Source of the DNA: Takakia lepidozioides
Taxonomy: Eukaryota > Plantae > Bryophyta
Reading direction: 5' to 3'
DNA length: 64,000 bases
NCBI GenBank assembly: GCA_030704615.1
Contig: CM060733.1
Location: 46,128,001 to 46,192,000, forward strand
This document shows, one piece after another, positions 12,608 to 27,699 of the stretch (position 1 is its first letter; the number at the start of each line of letters is the position of its first letter). The position numbers and the translations under genes are program-made. Below the pieces are notes generated by a model that did no database searches, was not told the DNA's origin, and saw only the letters and a list, made by a program, of their open reading frames with translations.

Positions 12608-14168
12608 TCCCCTCCTATCTTTCTTTAAGGAGAGACTTCATGGAAGCCTTTAGCTTGTTCTCGGTCTTGAACGAGTATGGTAGACTTCAGTGGATTTAAA
12701 AGGTGCTGTCATGGTAAGATGGAGATTTGTGCCCTGTTAATTGGAGCACCCCCAAGTGTAAATCCTGGGATGGAGATTCATCGATGAATCATGAAACTCT
12801 TAAATAAATCACTGGTATTATGTTGGGCACATGTTTGAATACCAGATTGAACTACCTTTGAAAGGTAAAGTTCTGTCGCACAATCTTCAGCATTTTGGGG
12901 ATTGAGCATCTGTGGTTACCCAGAAGCTTAGTTAATGGTTGCAAACACTTGTGACAGCTTTTTTGAAGTATCCCTTACACGTAAAAGTGCGTAGTGATGT
13001 GATTGGGAAACTATGAATGCTGCGGGCATCCTGTACAGTATGTTTTGAGTTGTGAGCATCTAGAAGAATGCTGCGTAATGTCTTGGAATTATGATGTTGG
13101 TGTGCAAATGTGGATAGACACTAGACCTTCAGGATTCTCCATTTGTTGTCAGGACTCACCTGTCAGTCATTGGTGTCGAAAATTTAAAACCCAAGTATAG
13201 AAGTTTGCTCAAGCATCTTAAGGAATCGGTAGTTCTCATTTTACTTAAGACCCACCAAGCAAGCTCCCAAGGCCTCATGGGACACCACCATGTAAAGGCT
13301 ATTATCTTACTTTGTGGGGAGGAAGGAATCCCCAGGAGTGGCTGCAAGTCTAGCTCATACACGTGTTTCTTGCAAGGCCATGTTCTCTTCCACCATCTCC
13401 TTCTGTTCTGTTTTTCCACGGTGGCAAAATGCCCCTCCAGAAACCACGGTACAAGTGAATCTTAGCAAGAGAATTTCTCAGCCACTACACCTATGCAGGC
13501 CTGGAGCATGCAAGCTGGGTGGAAAATGCATTTGGACTCGCAACGTCCTCTGTACATAACCAGGTACAATCTGAGTACAATCTGAGTATAATCTGAAGCT
13601 CCCACTCGTATGATAGTGATAGACCAGTAAGCCCTGGGGTTGATATTTAATTTTGTGGCATGTGAAGAGAATCAAGATTTTTGGCGCATGATGAGTAAGC
13701 ATGTAATGTGTTACTACAAATGTTTGTTGTCATGCATGGAAACCTGGACTTGTGGACGAGTGGCACATGAGCGAGCTCATTAAGATCTGAATTCTTTACG
13801 GATCTGCAAGACGTAGACAGGCCACGCACGGATATGGAACCTGCATAGACCGTGGAAAGTGGCCAGGGAAATGAGTTAGTTGATCCAAGAACCATCTTCC
13901 AAGGGATCAGAAGTTGATGAACGTGATGATTGGATATGTATCCCACGACATCCTGGCCTGAGCTTGGTTGAGGTAAGGAAAGATGTGATGAAATGCGACA
14001 GACTGAGTAAGTACGGCCTACAATCTTTCATCATGAAGAAGAGAGTTACTCCGGCTGTCCAGAGGTACACGAAAACTAGCGCCTGCAATGTGGGAGAATG
14101 TGATCTACTACATGCAAGCAGAGGCAACAATGATCGAAACAATAATCTCAACTACATCAACTCCTTAC

Positions 14169-15932
14169 TTAACCGCCTCCAGAGTACGCCTTGCCGGCAG
14201 AAGAAGATGAGCTGTCAAAGCTTCGCTGAAGCTGGTCATAAATTGCCAACACTCCGGCTCCAGCAACAGCACGCAAAATGTTAGCACTGGCCCCCTTGAA
14301 CAAGGACTTGGCACCCTCCCTCTCAATGATTTGCTTGAATGCGTCCAGTGAGTTCTTATACTTCACCGGCTCTCCGGAGGTCATCATCATCCGACGTCGC
14401 ACAGTGTCAAATGGGTATGAGGCTAGACCAGCACCAATGGTAATCCCCCATCCAAGCAAGAAGGTGGCCACAAAGTTGTCCTATCATTTGCAACCCGAAA
14501 TTGCTCAATGAATAATGTGAGTTCGATCTTCCACTTACGCAAACAATCAGCAGCAAAGCAAACACAAGAAACAAACTATAGAGATCTCATGTTACAGACT
14601 AGATCGACCTCACAAATTCCAACGTGCCGTGCTGTGCAGCATCTAAAACTGTTTCTGACAATCTGTCACGTATGCAGCTCGACGGGAGCCATGATAGATC
14701 TACATTTCCGGATGACAAAGTTCAAGGGCTGACGCACTCACCTGAAGAGGTCCAACTAAGACAACAGGCTTGAGAGAGTCGTACAACCCGAAGTACAGAC
14801 CCCGGTACACAATGATGCCCACACAGGAGATGCCAAACCCTCGATAGACACCGACAATCCCGTCAGTAGCAATAGTCTTCTTGTAGACATCAAGCATACC
14901 TTTGAATTGGTGTTCACCACCTGCATCTGCTGCCAGTCTTGTACGCGCATAGTCAAGAGGATATACAAAAAGAAGAGACGTAGCACCAGCGGCACCACCG
15001 GAAGCCAGATTTCCGGCAAACCACTTCAAATACCCATCCCTTTCCTTACTGTAACCGAAGAGACGCTTGAAGTAATCCTTGAATGCAAAGTTCAAAGCCT
15101 GCAGGCAGTTTGCAAACACCAGTCGATATCCAGACTCAAATCGAAGGTTCCTCGACCATGATAGCAGAATTCTTCAGTGGATACAAGTGCAACCAGTGTA
15201 ACAGAATCGACCATCTGGAAAGAAAATTCTCAAAGTTCTCCAGGGGCCAGCAGACCAAGTTGACATTTCTAGGAAGTCTCTAGATAATGAATTCTAAAAA
15301 CCTCGGAGATGTCTTGGGAATAGCTGATGATGACTTAGATCTGAGACTCTTCTCGGACAACATTTGCAGCTTCTTCATACCTGAGTTGGGAAGTACCGGA
15401 GGACATTTGCAAGATTGCCACGCCACAAAGAGAGCACACCCTCTTCCCGGATGGTTCGTTTGAAACAATCAGAAATGCCTTTGTAGGGCTCCTTAAGACG
15501 ACCTTGTTTGAGCATCTCATCTTGGTTCTGGATTAGAATTTTGACACGCTCGATAGGTGCTGCTGCCGTCTTTGACACAGCTGCGGCAACACCCCCCGTG
15601 AGAAAATCTCTCATGAACGTTGAGGCACCCTTTTCAGCTGGTGCAGCGACGAAAATCGGGGAGTCTAAGCAGATCTTTGAGGCAAAGTTCTGCCCTCCCG
15701 TAAAATCTGTGGGACGATCGGTGGTATGGAAACCAGCAGGCTTAGGAAAAACTCGAAACCTAGCTGGAGAAGAGATGATGAAGGCTCCATTCAGATTTTC
15801 CTTATGAGCGTGATAAAACTGTGACCCGTGTGGAGATAACTTTGATCCCAAATATGAAAGCTTGAATTGCAATAAGGTGGTAGCCGCACTCTCTCCACCA
15901 TCTTGGAGAGATTCCACGCAAATCTCGACCAT
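14169..15932 (-). CDS. AAC: Mitochondrial ADP/ATP carrier. Exons 15932-15381, 15098-14742, 14480-14169 (start uncertain)
   Basis: [34 protein letters not shown]|ALNFAFKD and the RRRMMM signature; GT-AG introns in phase. Confidence 0.93.
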
Positions 15933-16043
15933 CGCAATGAGGTGCCCAGATGGAGTGCAGCAAGCAGATTAAACATATATATAATTTCTGTGTGCGGAAG
16001 ACAGTAGATCATGCACTTGCAGGTGATTTCAGAATCTCATGCA

Positions 16044-16308
16044 ATCCTCAAGTGAGCAGAGATGGTAGCCCTGGGCAGCCTCTCTTCAGACACGGAATAT
16101 TCCACGGGCCGGTTCTGGGAGCTCCCTTGGTTTAATAGTGCTCAGAACCTTCGTTAGTGAGATAACCAGTTTTGATATCCTCAAGTGAGCAGAGATGGTA
16201 GGGGCAGCCTCTTTTGGGACACGGAATGTTCCAGAGGGCCCGTTCTGGAAGCTCCCTTGGTTTAGTAGTGCTCCTGAAGATCCTTCGTTAGTGAGTCAAC
16301 CAGTTTTG
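16044..16308. repeat. Diverged ~133-bp tandem duplication between the divergent AAC and peroxidase genes
   Basis: ATCCTCAAGTGAGCAGAGATGGTAG...CCTTCGTTAGTGAG..AACCAGTTTTG occurs twice. Confidence 0.85.
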
Positions 16309-16420
16309 TAAGCTACCAATGTGAGAGGGCAACCGACTCCACGCTCTCCATGTTCAGCTTCTTACATGACACTTGGCGACTTTGTTCTAAGCCTCCCCCG
16401 TTTGGAGTTCTGACACATAG

Positions 16421-18588
<2,168 letters not shown>

Positions 18589-19234
18589 GTACTTTCACCT
18601 GCGGGGTAGTGAAGTAGGAACTGGGTCCACATGTTGAACAAGAATACTACCACCACCACACAGGATTTGTTGATTCCACAGACTACTAGACTACCGACAA
18701 TGGAAGGACGCTAGAGAGTATCAGGTTTGAAGATGATGTATCGTGGTTATAGACTCATCCGCAGATTTGAGAAGTATGACGCTGACATTGACCGCTTCCA
18801 GAATGTGACAATGATACTAACATGGCAAGTATTGACTCTATTCTCCAAGTGTCAAACATGCTGGCTCGCTGCGCAGGGAGCGGCAGATTGATGTGCCAGA
18901 CACGCGTTGCAGATATGTTTAGTTACACTCTCTCGACACTGTGGCAACGTCCTTGTAGCCTGCTGTCCACACGTAACCGCCTTCCACTGTGGAGGCAGGC
19001 CCAAGACGTGCAGGAGAGACAAGGTGGCCACAAAACAAGAGAAATTCGGCACAATCTTTCAGTAGGTATGCCACCTACAAATCGTCCTCTCGCCTACATT
19101 GCTGTCAGTCTCTGACTCCTTGTAAACTGCAGTCCTTGCAGTCAGGGAGGTGGATTCGTGGATTCAAGCAGACTAGGTCACTGGCCTTTCTCTACTCAGG
19201 CACGAGCTACCTCCAAAGATTCATCCCTTGCACT

Positions 19235-19724
19235 GGACTGTGCTTATCTCGTCCTCGGGAAGAAGAATGTACCTACTGTTTTGGAGAAGTCCCTGAGCTA
19301 TCCGCTTGTCTCTCTTTCAATGATACTACTGTCATGCCTTGACATTCGTCATGTCAATCCATTGGTCTTGGTTTCCTCTGGAAGAAGGGCCCTTATTCTC
19401 AATGGGCACTGTAACATTGTATTGCTCAACTCTGGCTTCATTTCTCGGAGTGCCATGCTAATAAGAAGTACAGAGGACTGACTGTGCTTATCTCGTCCTC
19501 GGGAAGAAGAATGTACCTACTGTTTTGGAGAAGTCCCTGAGCTATCCGCTTGTCTCTCTTTCAATGATACTACTGTCATGCCTTGACATTCGTCATGTCA
19601 ATCCATTGGTCTTGGTTTCCTTTGGAAGAAGGGTCCTTATTCTCAATGGGCACTGTAACATTGTATTGCTCAACTCTGGCTTCATTTCTCGGAGTGCCAT
19701 GCTAATAAGAAGTACAGAGGACTG
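19235..19724. repeat. Near-perfect 244-bp tandem duplication
   Basis: GACTGTGCTTATCTCGTCCTCGGG...AGTACAGAGGACTGA occurs twice; the duplicated ORFs end at 19481 and 19725. Confidence 0.92.
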
Positions 19725-21265
19725 AAAGCTAACATGTTCCCAGAGTGGAAATGAACACAGCAGGTGTTACCTTATCATTCCTGTCAACCGCACTTAACCA
19801 CATTGACTACAATGGTACCATATGAGCAACAACATGATTGATTGCGCAAGGCCTCGTTTCAGGTCACTGCACTACTCAAACCAAAGATCAAAGCAAAATC
19901 TGGGATGGCAACAAAGTCTGAGCATGAATGAGCATTTCTTCTTGGGCCTGGCCTATACAATGTTGATCATGACAGTTCCAAACTAAAATAGAAACAAAAT
20001 GTCAGACACTACACTCGTACCTTCCTGCAGACCTGAGATGAGTTCTCTGGCATCTGTCTTCCCTTTTAGGTTTTGGAATCTAAAAACTCTTGGTGGTAAT
20101 GCTTTACTTTGAGCCGTGATATCAGTTCTCTGATATCTTTTTAAAGGACATAGGCATTCAATCAGGGCAAAAACTTGGATACCGGCAATCCACTGCAACA
20201 ATGATGCAGTTTACAGGACCACAAAAGAACTGGGCCCCCTAAACACTGAAGAGAAGGCCGTGCTCCAGGGTCTGAATCATGATGAGTCTGCACTTCCACA
20301 GGAGAACATCTTTAGCTGTAGTAATTTTCCTGTACTCCAATGAAATCACGACTTGCTGGGGATCAAATGTGCCCAGACAATCTGCCTCATTTATAGCACA
20401 AATTAATTTTGCAGAGAGGGTGACAAGGAGTTTGGATGGTTTCAGCAAGAGACGATAAGAGATCCCACAGACATACTATTGTGGAATCCATGCCCACTAT
20501 ACCACTCCCTAAGAGGCACTTGGGTTGCAGACGAAAAATCCCTAGCAGGATTCTCTCTTCCTGAGCTCCATAAGGGCAAAGACCCCAGTGGGCAGAGACC
20601 TCAAATTGGCTAATTTTGTCGTCAGCTGCTACCATACTTCAAACCTTATTTCCATTCTTCAGAAGATCCAGCACCCTTTTAATAAAACCCAGGTCTCAAA
20701 AGCATTTCCCCTTGATGCTGACTTAATGCTAAGCCACCTGTCGCAGTTTCTCTCCTGTGTTGAATAGAGGTGTCCAGTCCCACTTGCAGTCCAGTTCTTC
20801 TTTGTCTCAGAATATTACAAGAGATGGATCCAAGCCCTCCCGGACTTTCCAGCAGCTTTTCTTTGCCCTGCTCTGGTCGTAGATGATCATTGAAATTTCC
20901 TGGCTCTCAGCAATCACAGATGGAAGTGCTGGCTATACAGATATTGCACTTCTGTCACGCCATGCCCAAATGATGCCCAAATTTAAGAGGGATCCTGAGG
21001 TATGACAGATCCATTGGGCTAGCAGCAGGATCATTTACATGTCTCGGGGAGGGGTTTCTGCCAAGAATTGTAGCCTCTGTGAGATGTGTTTCCACTGCGT
21101 TTAGCTGGGTTCCCTGCTGATGTTTGGGCATACTGCACTGAACAATTGTGCTGATGAAACTCCAGTATGTTGGGACCCTGTGGTAGTATATGTCTGCGGG
21201 ACACACAAATTTGGAGAAAGCTGCTTTCACTATCATTTCTGTATGAACTAATGCTGAGATAATGT

Positions 21266-23893
21266 CTACCATCGCCGGAAAGCCTCCCCAAGATAATGTT
21301 GCCTTACATATGAGTTCTGGTAAAGCTCATCAGGATTACCCGATGCCATGACCTGGCCATTATGCACCATATATGCACGCTCACAAATCCGTAATGTCTC
21401 ATTGACATTATGATCAGTAATGAGGATGCCCATGTCCTTTTCATCACAAAGGCGTCGCAGCTGTTTCTGGATCTCAGTTACCCCTATTGGATCCACCCCC
21501 GCAAAGGGTTCATCAACTAATAAGAGTTTAGGAGGGCCACCAGCACAGTTTGACGCCAGGGCTCGCGCAAGCTCTGTGCGTCGTCTCTCTCCCCCAGAGA
21601 GGGCTCTTCCCAATGTACTCTCCACATGCCGCAAGCCAAATTCTTCCAGCAGGTCGTTCGTCCGCTGCACATGTCGATCTCGTGCTACACCTGTCTCTTG
21701 TAGAATGAGCAGAATGTTGTTGCGTACAGAGAGCCCCCGAAATACACTAGCCTCCTGTATTGCACTAGGATATGATTAAATTCAGTGCAAGTATAACAAA
21801 ACAGAGACCACACAGAAAGCTAGCAACAAAGCAAGAAGCAGGACAGTAAGAGAAAGAAAGAAAGGAATGGACTCTATAGATTCGACATAAAGCCAAAGAG
21901 TTTATGGGATTTGAACACATAACAGAGAAACTCATTAAACATGGCTTGACATGGCATTGGTGTGAAGAGAAATGAAATGAAATGTACTTTATAACGTCTG
22001 CGGAAAGCTCAAAAGCTCATGGGACAAAATTGAAAAACAAGAGAGAGGAAACAAAATCAGAGCCAAAAACAGCAACTACTGCTCAAGGGATTGTCTAAGG
22101 TTGAAGGCCTAATGCAGGTAAGCTGCCAAGCATTTCTGATCCTCATAGTGGAAGACTTCAGTGAGAGATTGAGTTCCATGGAATAGACAGTGGAATCTCC
22201 CACGGATCTCATAATATAGAGGGCAATAAAAGAAGAAAGTTCTTCAGTTTCAATTTCCTGGTTGCGCCCGGTGCAAGCTGGGCATAGGCAGTCCTCCCGT
22301 TGCAGGTTTTCCCATCTGCATTTGGATGTGATTTCCACCCCTTCTGGATTTTCTGGCAATAGCAAAGCAATAGAGAGTCTATTGCGCTCAAAAAAACTTC
22401 ACACTCGAGCATACCAGGAGTGCTTGAAACCTGCTGTTTTGAGCCTAATAGATGTTGCGAGGGCTCTTGCCACGAGCCCTTGGGTGGAAGGGCTTGTAAC
22501 CTTTTAAGAAAGATTGTAAGCTGGAAGAGGGCCTCGGTTGAAGTGGCACACATGCAAACTCTGCACATAGGATGTGAGATGGAGTTGTGCTCTGGCACCA
22601 AGCATTGCTTGGAGAAAAGATGTCTGCAATGGTTCCAGATTTTTTTCCCACCAGGAAACTGGGACACCAGGTGCCCAGAACTCACAATCATACATGGCGG
22701 CTGGGGCGACAATGCTGTCAAATAGCCACTTTTTGGTTGGGGGGTGGTGCAGATGTATCTGTTTGCATTTGGCCTGAAGGCGGATGGAGGCAGCCTTGCC
22801 CTTCGTAATCTTTCCAGGGCAGTTGATGCAAACTGGAATATGGTAGAGTGGATAACCTGACCCAGGTAGTGGTATGATTTGACAATCTCAATTTCCAGTT
22901 GCTTGAAGATGAAGAGAGAGAGATCTCTTAATGAGTGGAGTGTCCTAAATTATCAGCTCATGAGATTCTACGAATATTAAATATAGACCACCAATACAGA
23001 GACACCGCTATGACATTTCAGGCAGAACATCCCCTAAGCTAAGCTGGATGTCCATCTGAGACATTTCAGGGTTTCAAGGAAGAGTAATATCAGAAGAAAC
23101 TGCTATTTGCATCAAGCCAAACTCATCCTTTCTGAGTGGATCTTTTAGAGAAGTGATCAACCAGTACACTTCTAAAGCACTGGGACCGAGGGCTTATACC
23201 TTTGAATGACATATATACAGTGTATACACCTCTCTGACACATTAGCTGCAAAGAAAAAGTAGGTTTGCAGTGGGGCGCAAACCTACTTTTTCTAGTACAG
23301 AGAGTTGATTTGACCCCTAAAACATCACTTATAGTAAAGAAGAGACTTAATCTGTTTGCAAGGATCCCGCGGGCCCCATATCAGTACCCACTATGTCAGC
23401 CATGGCGAGATTTAGAACTTCAGTATTACTTGTCTGGCGAATATGCAAAAATGCACAACAATGAAGCTCGGCCGGTTTGCAAAGAATGATGAAGAGCAAA
23501 GATTTCCCGTACCTGGGTTACGTAGCCAATGCCGAGGCGAGCACGACGCTGAAGAGAAAACTTGGTGATGTCCATGGTCCCAAGCATCACAGTACCTCCA
23601 CTGGGCAGCTCCCTGCCTACAATCATATTGAAGGTGGTGCTCTTGCCCGCTCCATTTGGTCCCAGCAGCCCCACCACTTCACCCTGTCGAATGCTGATCG
23701 TGATTCCATCCACCACGTGCCTCCCTCCATACACTTTGCTCACGGTTTCCAGGCGCAGTTCAACGCCCCCTTCTGTGGATTGAGGCACGCAACATACTGC
23801 CCACCTTTGCCTCCAATCCCTGCTAGATGTGCAAGGACTGTTTGATTTGGTTTGGTGAATCCTGGTGCGCAAGGACCCAGGTGATGAAATCAT
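21266..23893 (-). CDS. lptB: LptB-like (LPS export) ABC ATPase with a putative plastid transit peptide. Exons 23893-23513 and 21754-21266, 289 aa
   Basis: GEVVGLLGPNGAGKSTTF, RARLGIGYVTQ|EASVFRGLSV, LSGGERRRTELARALA, DEPFAGVDPI, ILITDHNV.ETL and VRQHYLGEAF are LptB family hallmarks; single phase-0 GT-AG intron. Confidence 0.88.
22060..22960 (-). mobile_element. Decayed LINE RT C-terminal fragment (a different family) in the LptB intron
   Basis: Minus-strand remnants IEIVKSYHYLG and LFDSIVAPAAMYDCEFW resemble the post-YADD RT motifs; many stops. Confidence 0.55.
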
Positions 23894-24083
23894 GCTGGCC
23901 TGCTCTGCTGCCCTTCTCTGTCCACCATGCTATGCCCACCAACCTTTGGTCTCAAAGTTATTAAAGTTTTAGACTAAAAATTTATTTTTAGTTCTTGAAC
24001 TGAAAGTTGTGAAGATGCATGCCGACCTAATTCTGAAGGAGGGAAGAAGATGGCGGAGCTTGAGAATACGCCTCCCTCGTGTA

Positions 24084-24146
24084 TGCTTCACGCCCATCCC
24101 AGGGTCCCACGCTCCATGTTCCCGCTGCGGCACTCCCATGTTCCCG
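24084..24146 (+). repeat. Fragment of the TIR element found at 55882-56622
   Basis: GTGTATGCTTCACGCCCATCC.AGGGTCCCACGCTCCATGTTCCCG.TGCGGCACTCCCATGTTCCC is shared with ~55989-56055. Confidence 0.8.
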
Positions 24147-26830
24147 TTGCATGCAACAATCCAGACTCTCGATGGAAAAAAAGAAGCATGAATAGAAGTT
24201 CGAGGTATTTGAGAAAGTACTCTGCTTTTGCAGATATGCGACATTATCAACATGTTGTCCAGAAGAACAAGTGTCAGGCATCTGAAGTAAAAAGTAGAGA
24301 GCAGCGATGACGGCCCTACGAGCACATGGTTGTCTGTTCTGTGACCTCTGTGGGTCCATGCTTGCCTTCGATTCCACCTCCTACGCATCTTGCCCGCTCT
24401 GCAAGTCTCAACGCAGTGTGCAGGGTATTCTTTCTTCTCTACTTTCGCTGTGATGCAAGTCAATAGTGTAGAGTGCGTCTTATTTTCGTCGGAGCATCTC
24501 GCATCTTTCCTGCCTTGGCGATAAATGTGTGAGGTACTCAACTGAGTTTTTGCACAATAAATCTGACGTTTTTCTTATGCTGCCTGTGGGACAGAGTTTG
24601 AAGGGAAAGAGATTTGGTGTACGAGTGAACCTGATGTGAGTGTTCCTTCTTCTAAATTCTTTCCCGGGCTTCTGCATGAATGTTTTTGGATGGATCTTAT
24701 GCATTGCGATTGCTTGCAGAAGTTTACTCGGAAATGCAGTAAGTGCGAAACGAATGAGTTACGGATTCAGAACACCTCCTCTCTTTGCCAGTCTCTTGGC
24801 TGCTTAAGTGCACGTAGACTGTTTTGTAGAAATACTTTGAAACGTAGTGTGCGGATCATTTTCAGCTCCAATCGTTACCTTAGCTTGACAATATGATCAA
24901 GAGTGCGTAACTATTGAGTGAGTTCTATCTCTAGAATGTCTTAAAAACACTAGAAAAGTGAGGACCATTTCAAGTGCCATCTGAGATTGCCAGCAATTCG
25001 TATGCAAGTCAAAAACGAGTTTCAAGTTCACCCAGACCCTGCCTGCAAGTCTTCTTTACTCTCAACTGCTATAGTCCGAATCACAGTGTGGGTGCTGCAT
25101 ATCTGACTGTGACTCAGCTATGGGCAGCAGTCAACAAATATAGAAACTTGGGTTGAAGCCATCAGGCTAAGGTACAGACTTTAAATCATGTTTATACCCA
25201 CAGTCAACCGGTAAGCCTTCTTTGTTGAGATGGATTAGTATGGGAATTGGTGCATGGGGCCACTGAGGTAGTAAACCGTGTACTGTGTATGCAGGACTTC
25301 ATGCGGCGACTGGGGATTGATCATTTCATAACGCCTATTGATGATGCAATCAACACCGAAGATGGTGACCAAATTCAACAGCGAGCTGTGGTAGGTCTTT
25401 CTTTCATGAAGCTATCAAGCTGTAAACGCAAGCGTTGTGTGTGGCTTTGTCTGTTGGAGAGCAATTGGTTTTGGAGAGGGGCCAATTAGCTTAGTCACAT
25501 TTATCCTTCTCATCCTGCTTGACGCCTCTGTCTGAACTGTGTGTGGGTCTGCCAACCATAAGGCTATTGGAAAATTTTGATTTACAGTTAGGCCTCTTCT
25601 CTCCTACCTCCACATGTCCAAACTCAATCTAAAATGAAATGAGTGGGCATGGGTCTATGCAGGTTAATGATGAATGCCCTAAATGCCACCATCCAAACCT
25701 TGAGTACTACACGCGCCAGGTATCCTCTCTGAAGTTTTCCACTAAAATCCCACGGTGTAACGCTGTTATATAAGCTTAAAAAACCAGCTCCAACAATCGG
25801 CCGGTGACAGAAATATCTGAGCGAAACACTATAGGGAAAGGGAATTATGGGATGAGGCTCCTGATTCGTCAAGAGTACGTTGCACTTGTTTGTTTTGGTT
25901 ATATAAGCGTAAGTGGTGTCTCTCATGAGTACATCTCAAGTCACCGATCTTTTTCCAGAGCAAATATTCAGATTGTGCCTAGAAGAAGAAACACCTGATT
26001 TGGGTCCTTGTATGTCCAAGTTTGGTTCTGATGTCTTTCTTTCTGCTAGAATTGTTGTTCTAGCTCAATGTTGTTGTTCAGGGTTGGCAGGCCTGTTCTA
26101 TGCACACGAATTATGAAGTCTGTTTGATCCATTAAGTCGATCAACCCACACATTCAAGGGTAGCATATGGCAAGTTATTACCACCTTGACAAAATAATGA
26201 ATCCTTGTGGTTGGCTTCTTTGTGTGGCAGTTGAGGTCAGCAGATGAAGGGCAGACGGTGTTCTATGAGTGCCCCAAGTGTCACCACAAATTCTCACAAA
26301 ATATGTAGTTCCCTTCAAGAATTTGAAGATCTAGAGCGGCATTCTCAGAAGTCTCGCAGTGGTTTGCTGATTCTTTCACATTGGAACTACAATACAGAGC
26401 AGAGTGTGATGCAGTTATCTGCCCAACTCATCCAGATTGGTTATCTAGTAAGATCTAGATGCCAAGTTTTCTCTCATTCTCTCTTTTTACAAGGATACAC
26501 ACTCCTGCGCAGAATTTCTTGAACATTCTGATTTACCTCAACATGCGTACACACCAACTCTTTTACCTCATTCTTCCTAGATGAGGTGATATTGAGCAGT
26601 CCATCGTAGTCTGCATCCACACTGAGCAATCTTTGCTGTAGGCTACCTCACTTAGCATGTGCATGATCCCATATTTGCATATTCACTGGGTTTATCATTG
26701 AACACTGTTACTTAAGACAGTCTGGAAATGACAGAGCAGGCCTGATGAAAAAGCTCACTTCTCCAGAAGATTCCTCAAGATTTCAAAGTGTGGTTGACAT
26801 GCATTTGTTTTCTGTACATAGCGTTGAGAC

Positions 26831-27495
26831 CACTGTTGGGCGGTTCTCAGGTTTTCATGAGCTCCTCCGGTGCAGGTTCTTTGCCAATTGCTTTGCCAAT
26901 TGCCCCTTCTTTAGAACCTCCGGAGGCGGTTAAATGGACAAAAGAAAAAATTAAATAACCTGCCGGAGGCGATTCTTTGATGTTTTAAAGACCTTTGCAC
27001 AGGCGGTTTTTTGAACCGGTTCTGGAAGTTCAATATACTTTATAACCGGTAGATAACCGGCGGTCCGGTTATATTGCAGTCATGTAAATGAACTACTTAT
27101 AAAATAAACATTTACATATATTGAATGATGAAAATATTTTAAAAAAGCTGAAATAAATGCCAAGCAGGGATGGACCAACCATGCAAGATGGTTAGCCCTT
27201 GAAACTGGATCATCCAGATGATCAATAATGGACATCTTAGTTACCAGATTGGTGTCACATTAATCTTAGCAAGGGTATATGCTGACACTATTGACACTAT
27301 TGATAACCGGGTCCTTTTTTAAGGCCATGGCCGGATACCAATAAATAAAAAACCAAACTTGCCCGTTCCTGAAGCCCGCCGGCTGAAGCCCGCCGGTTAT
27401 CTCAACCCCTAGCCTCCGCCGGATATATATATATATATAACCGGTCTAATAACAGGCGGTTATAACCGGTCAAAGTTCATAACCGCCCAACACTG
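26831..27495. mobile_element. Non-autonomous hAT-type DNA transposon (665 bp)
   Basis: TIRs CA(C/G)TGTTGGGCGGTT; perfect 8-bp TSD GTTGAGAC (26823-26830 and 27496-27503); many subterminal AACCGG/CCGG motifs. Confidence 0.9.
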
Positions 27496-27699
27496 GTTGA
27501 GACCCAAGCTTGAGATTTAGCCTTAGCGAGGCAGATCAAAGCCAAGTCTTGAAAGATGGAGCTTGGTACTCGGACAGACCTCTTAGAAAAGAATTGGACC
27601 ATGAGGGCTGGAGAGAAAAGAGTAACTCAAACTGGCACAAGAGCACACTCTTTACAAAAGACTGTTGGAAGGGGGCACAGTGACTGTTCCCCACAAGAC

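Noticed and set aside
13562-13596. GTACAATCTGA x3 resembling the last bases of the LINE tail
   Set aside because: The match is only 11 bp with no other tail homology; probably a chance micro-repeat.
19980-21240. Possible decayed retroelement or gene (similar impression at ~12900-13450, 18690-19230 and 50640-51130)
   Set aside because: No convincing motif could be read by eye; left unannotated.
21266-23893. Bacterial contamination as the source of lptB
   Set aside because: The gene has a GT-AG intron containing a LINE relic and an N-terminal extension, and lies among plant genes.
25500-25670. Very degenerate LINE-tail-like matches (also ~39665-39700)
   Set aside because: The matches are too short to support without an alignment.
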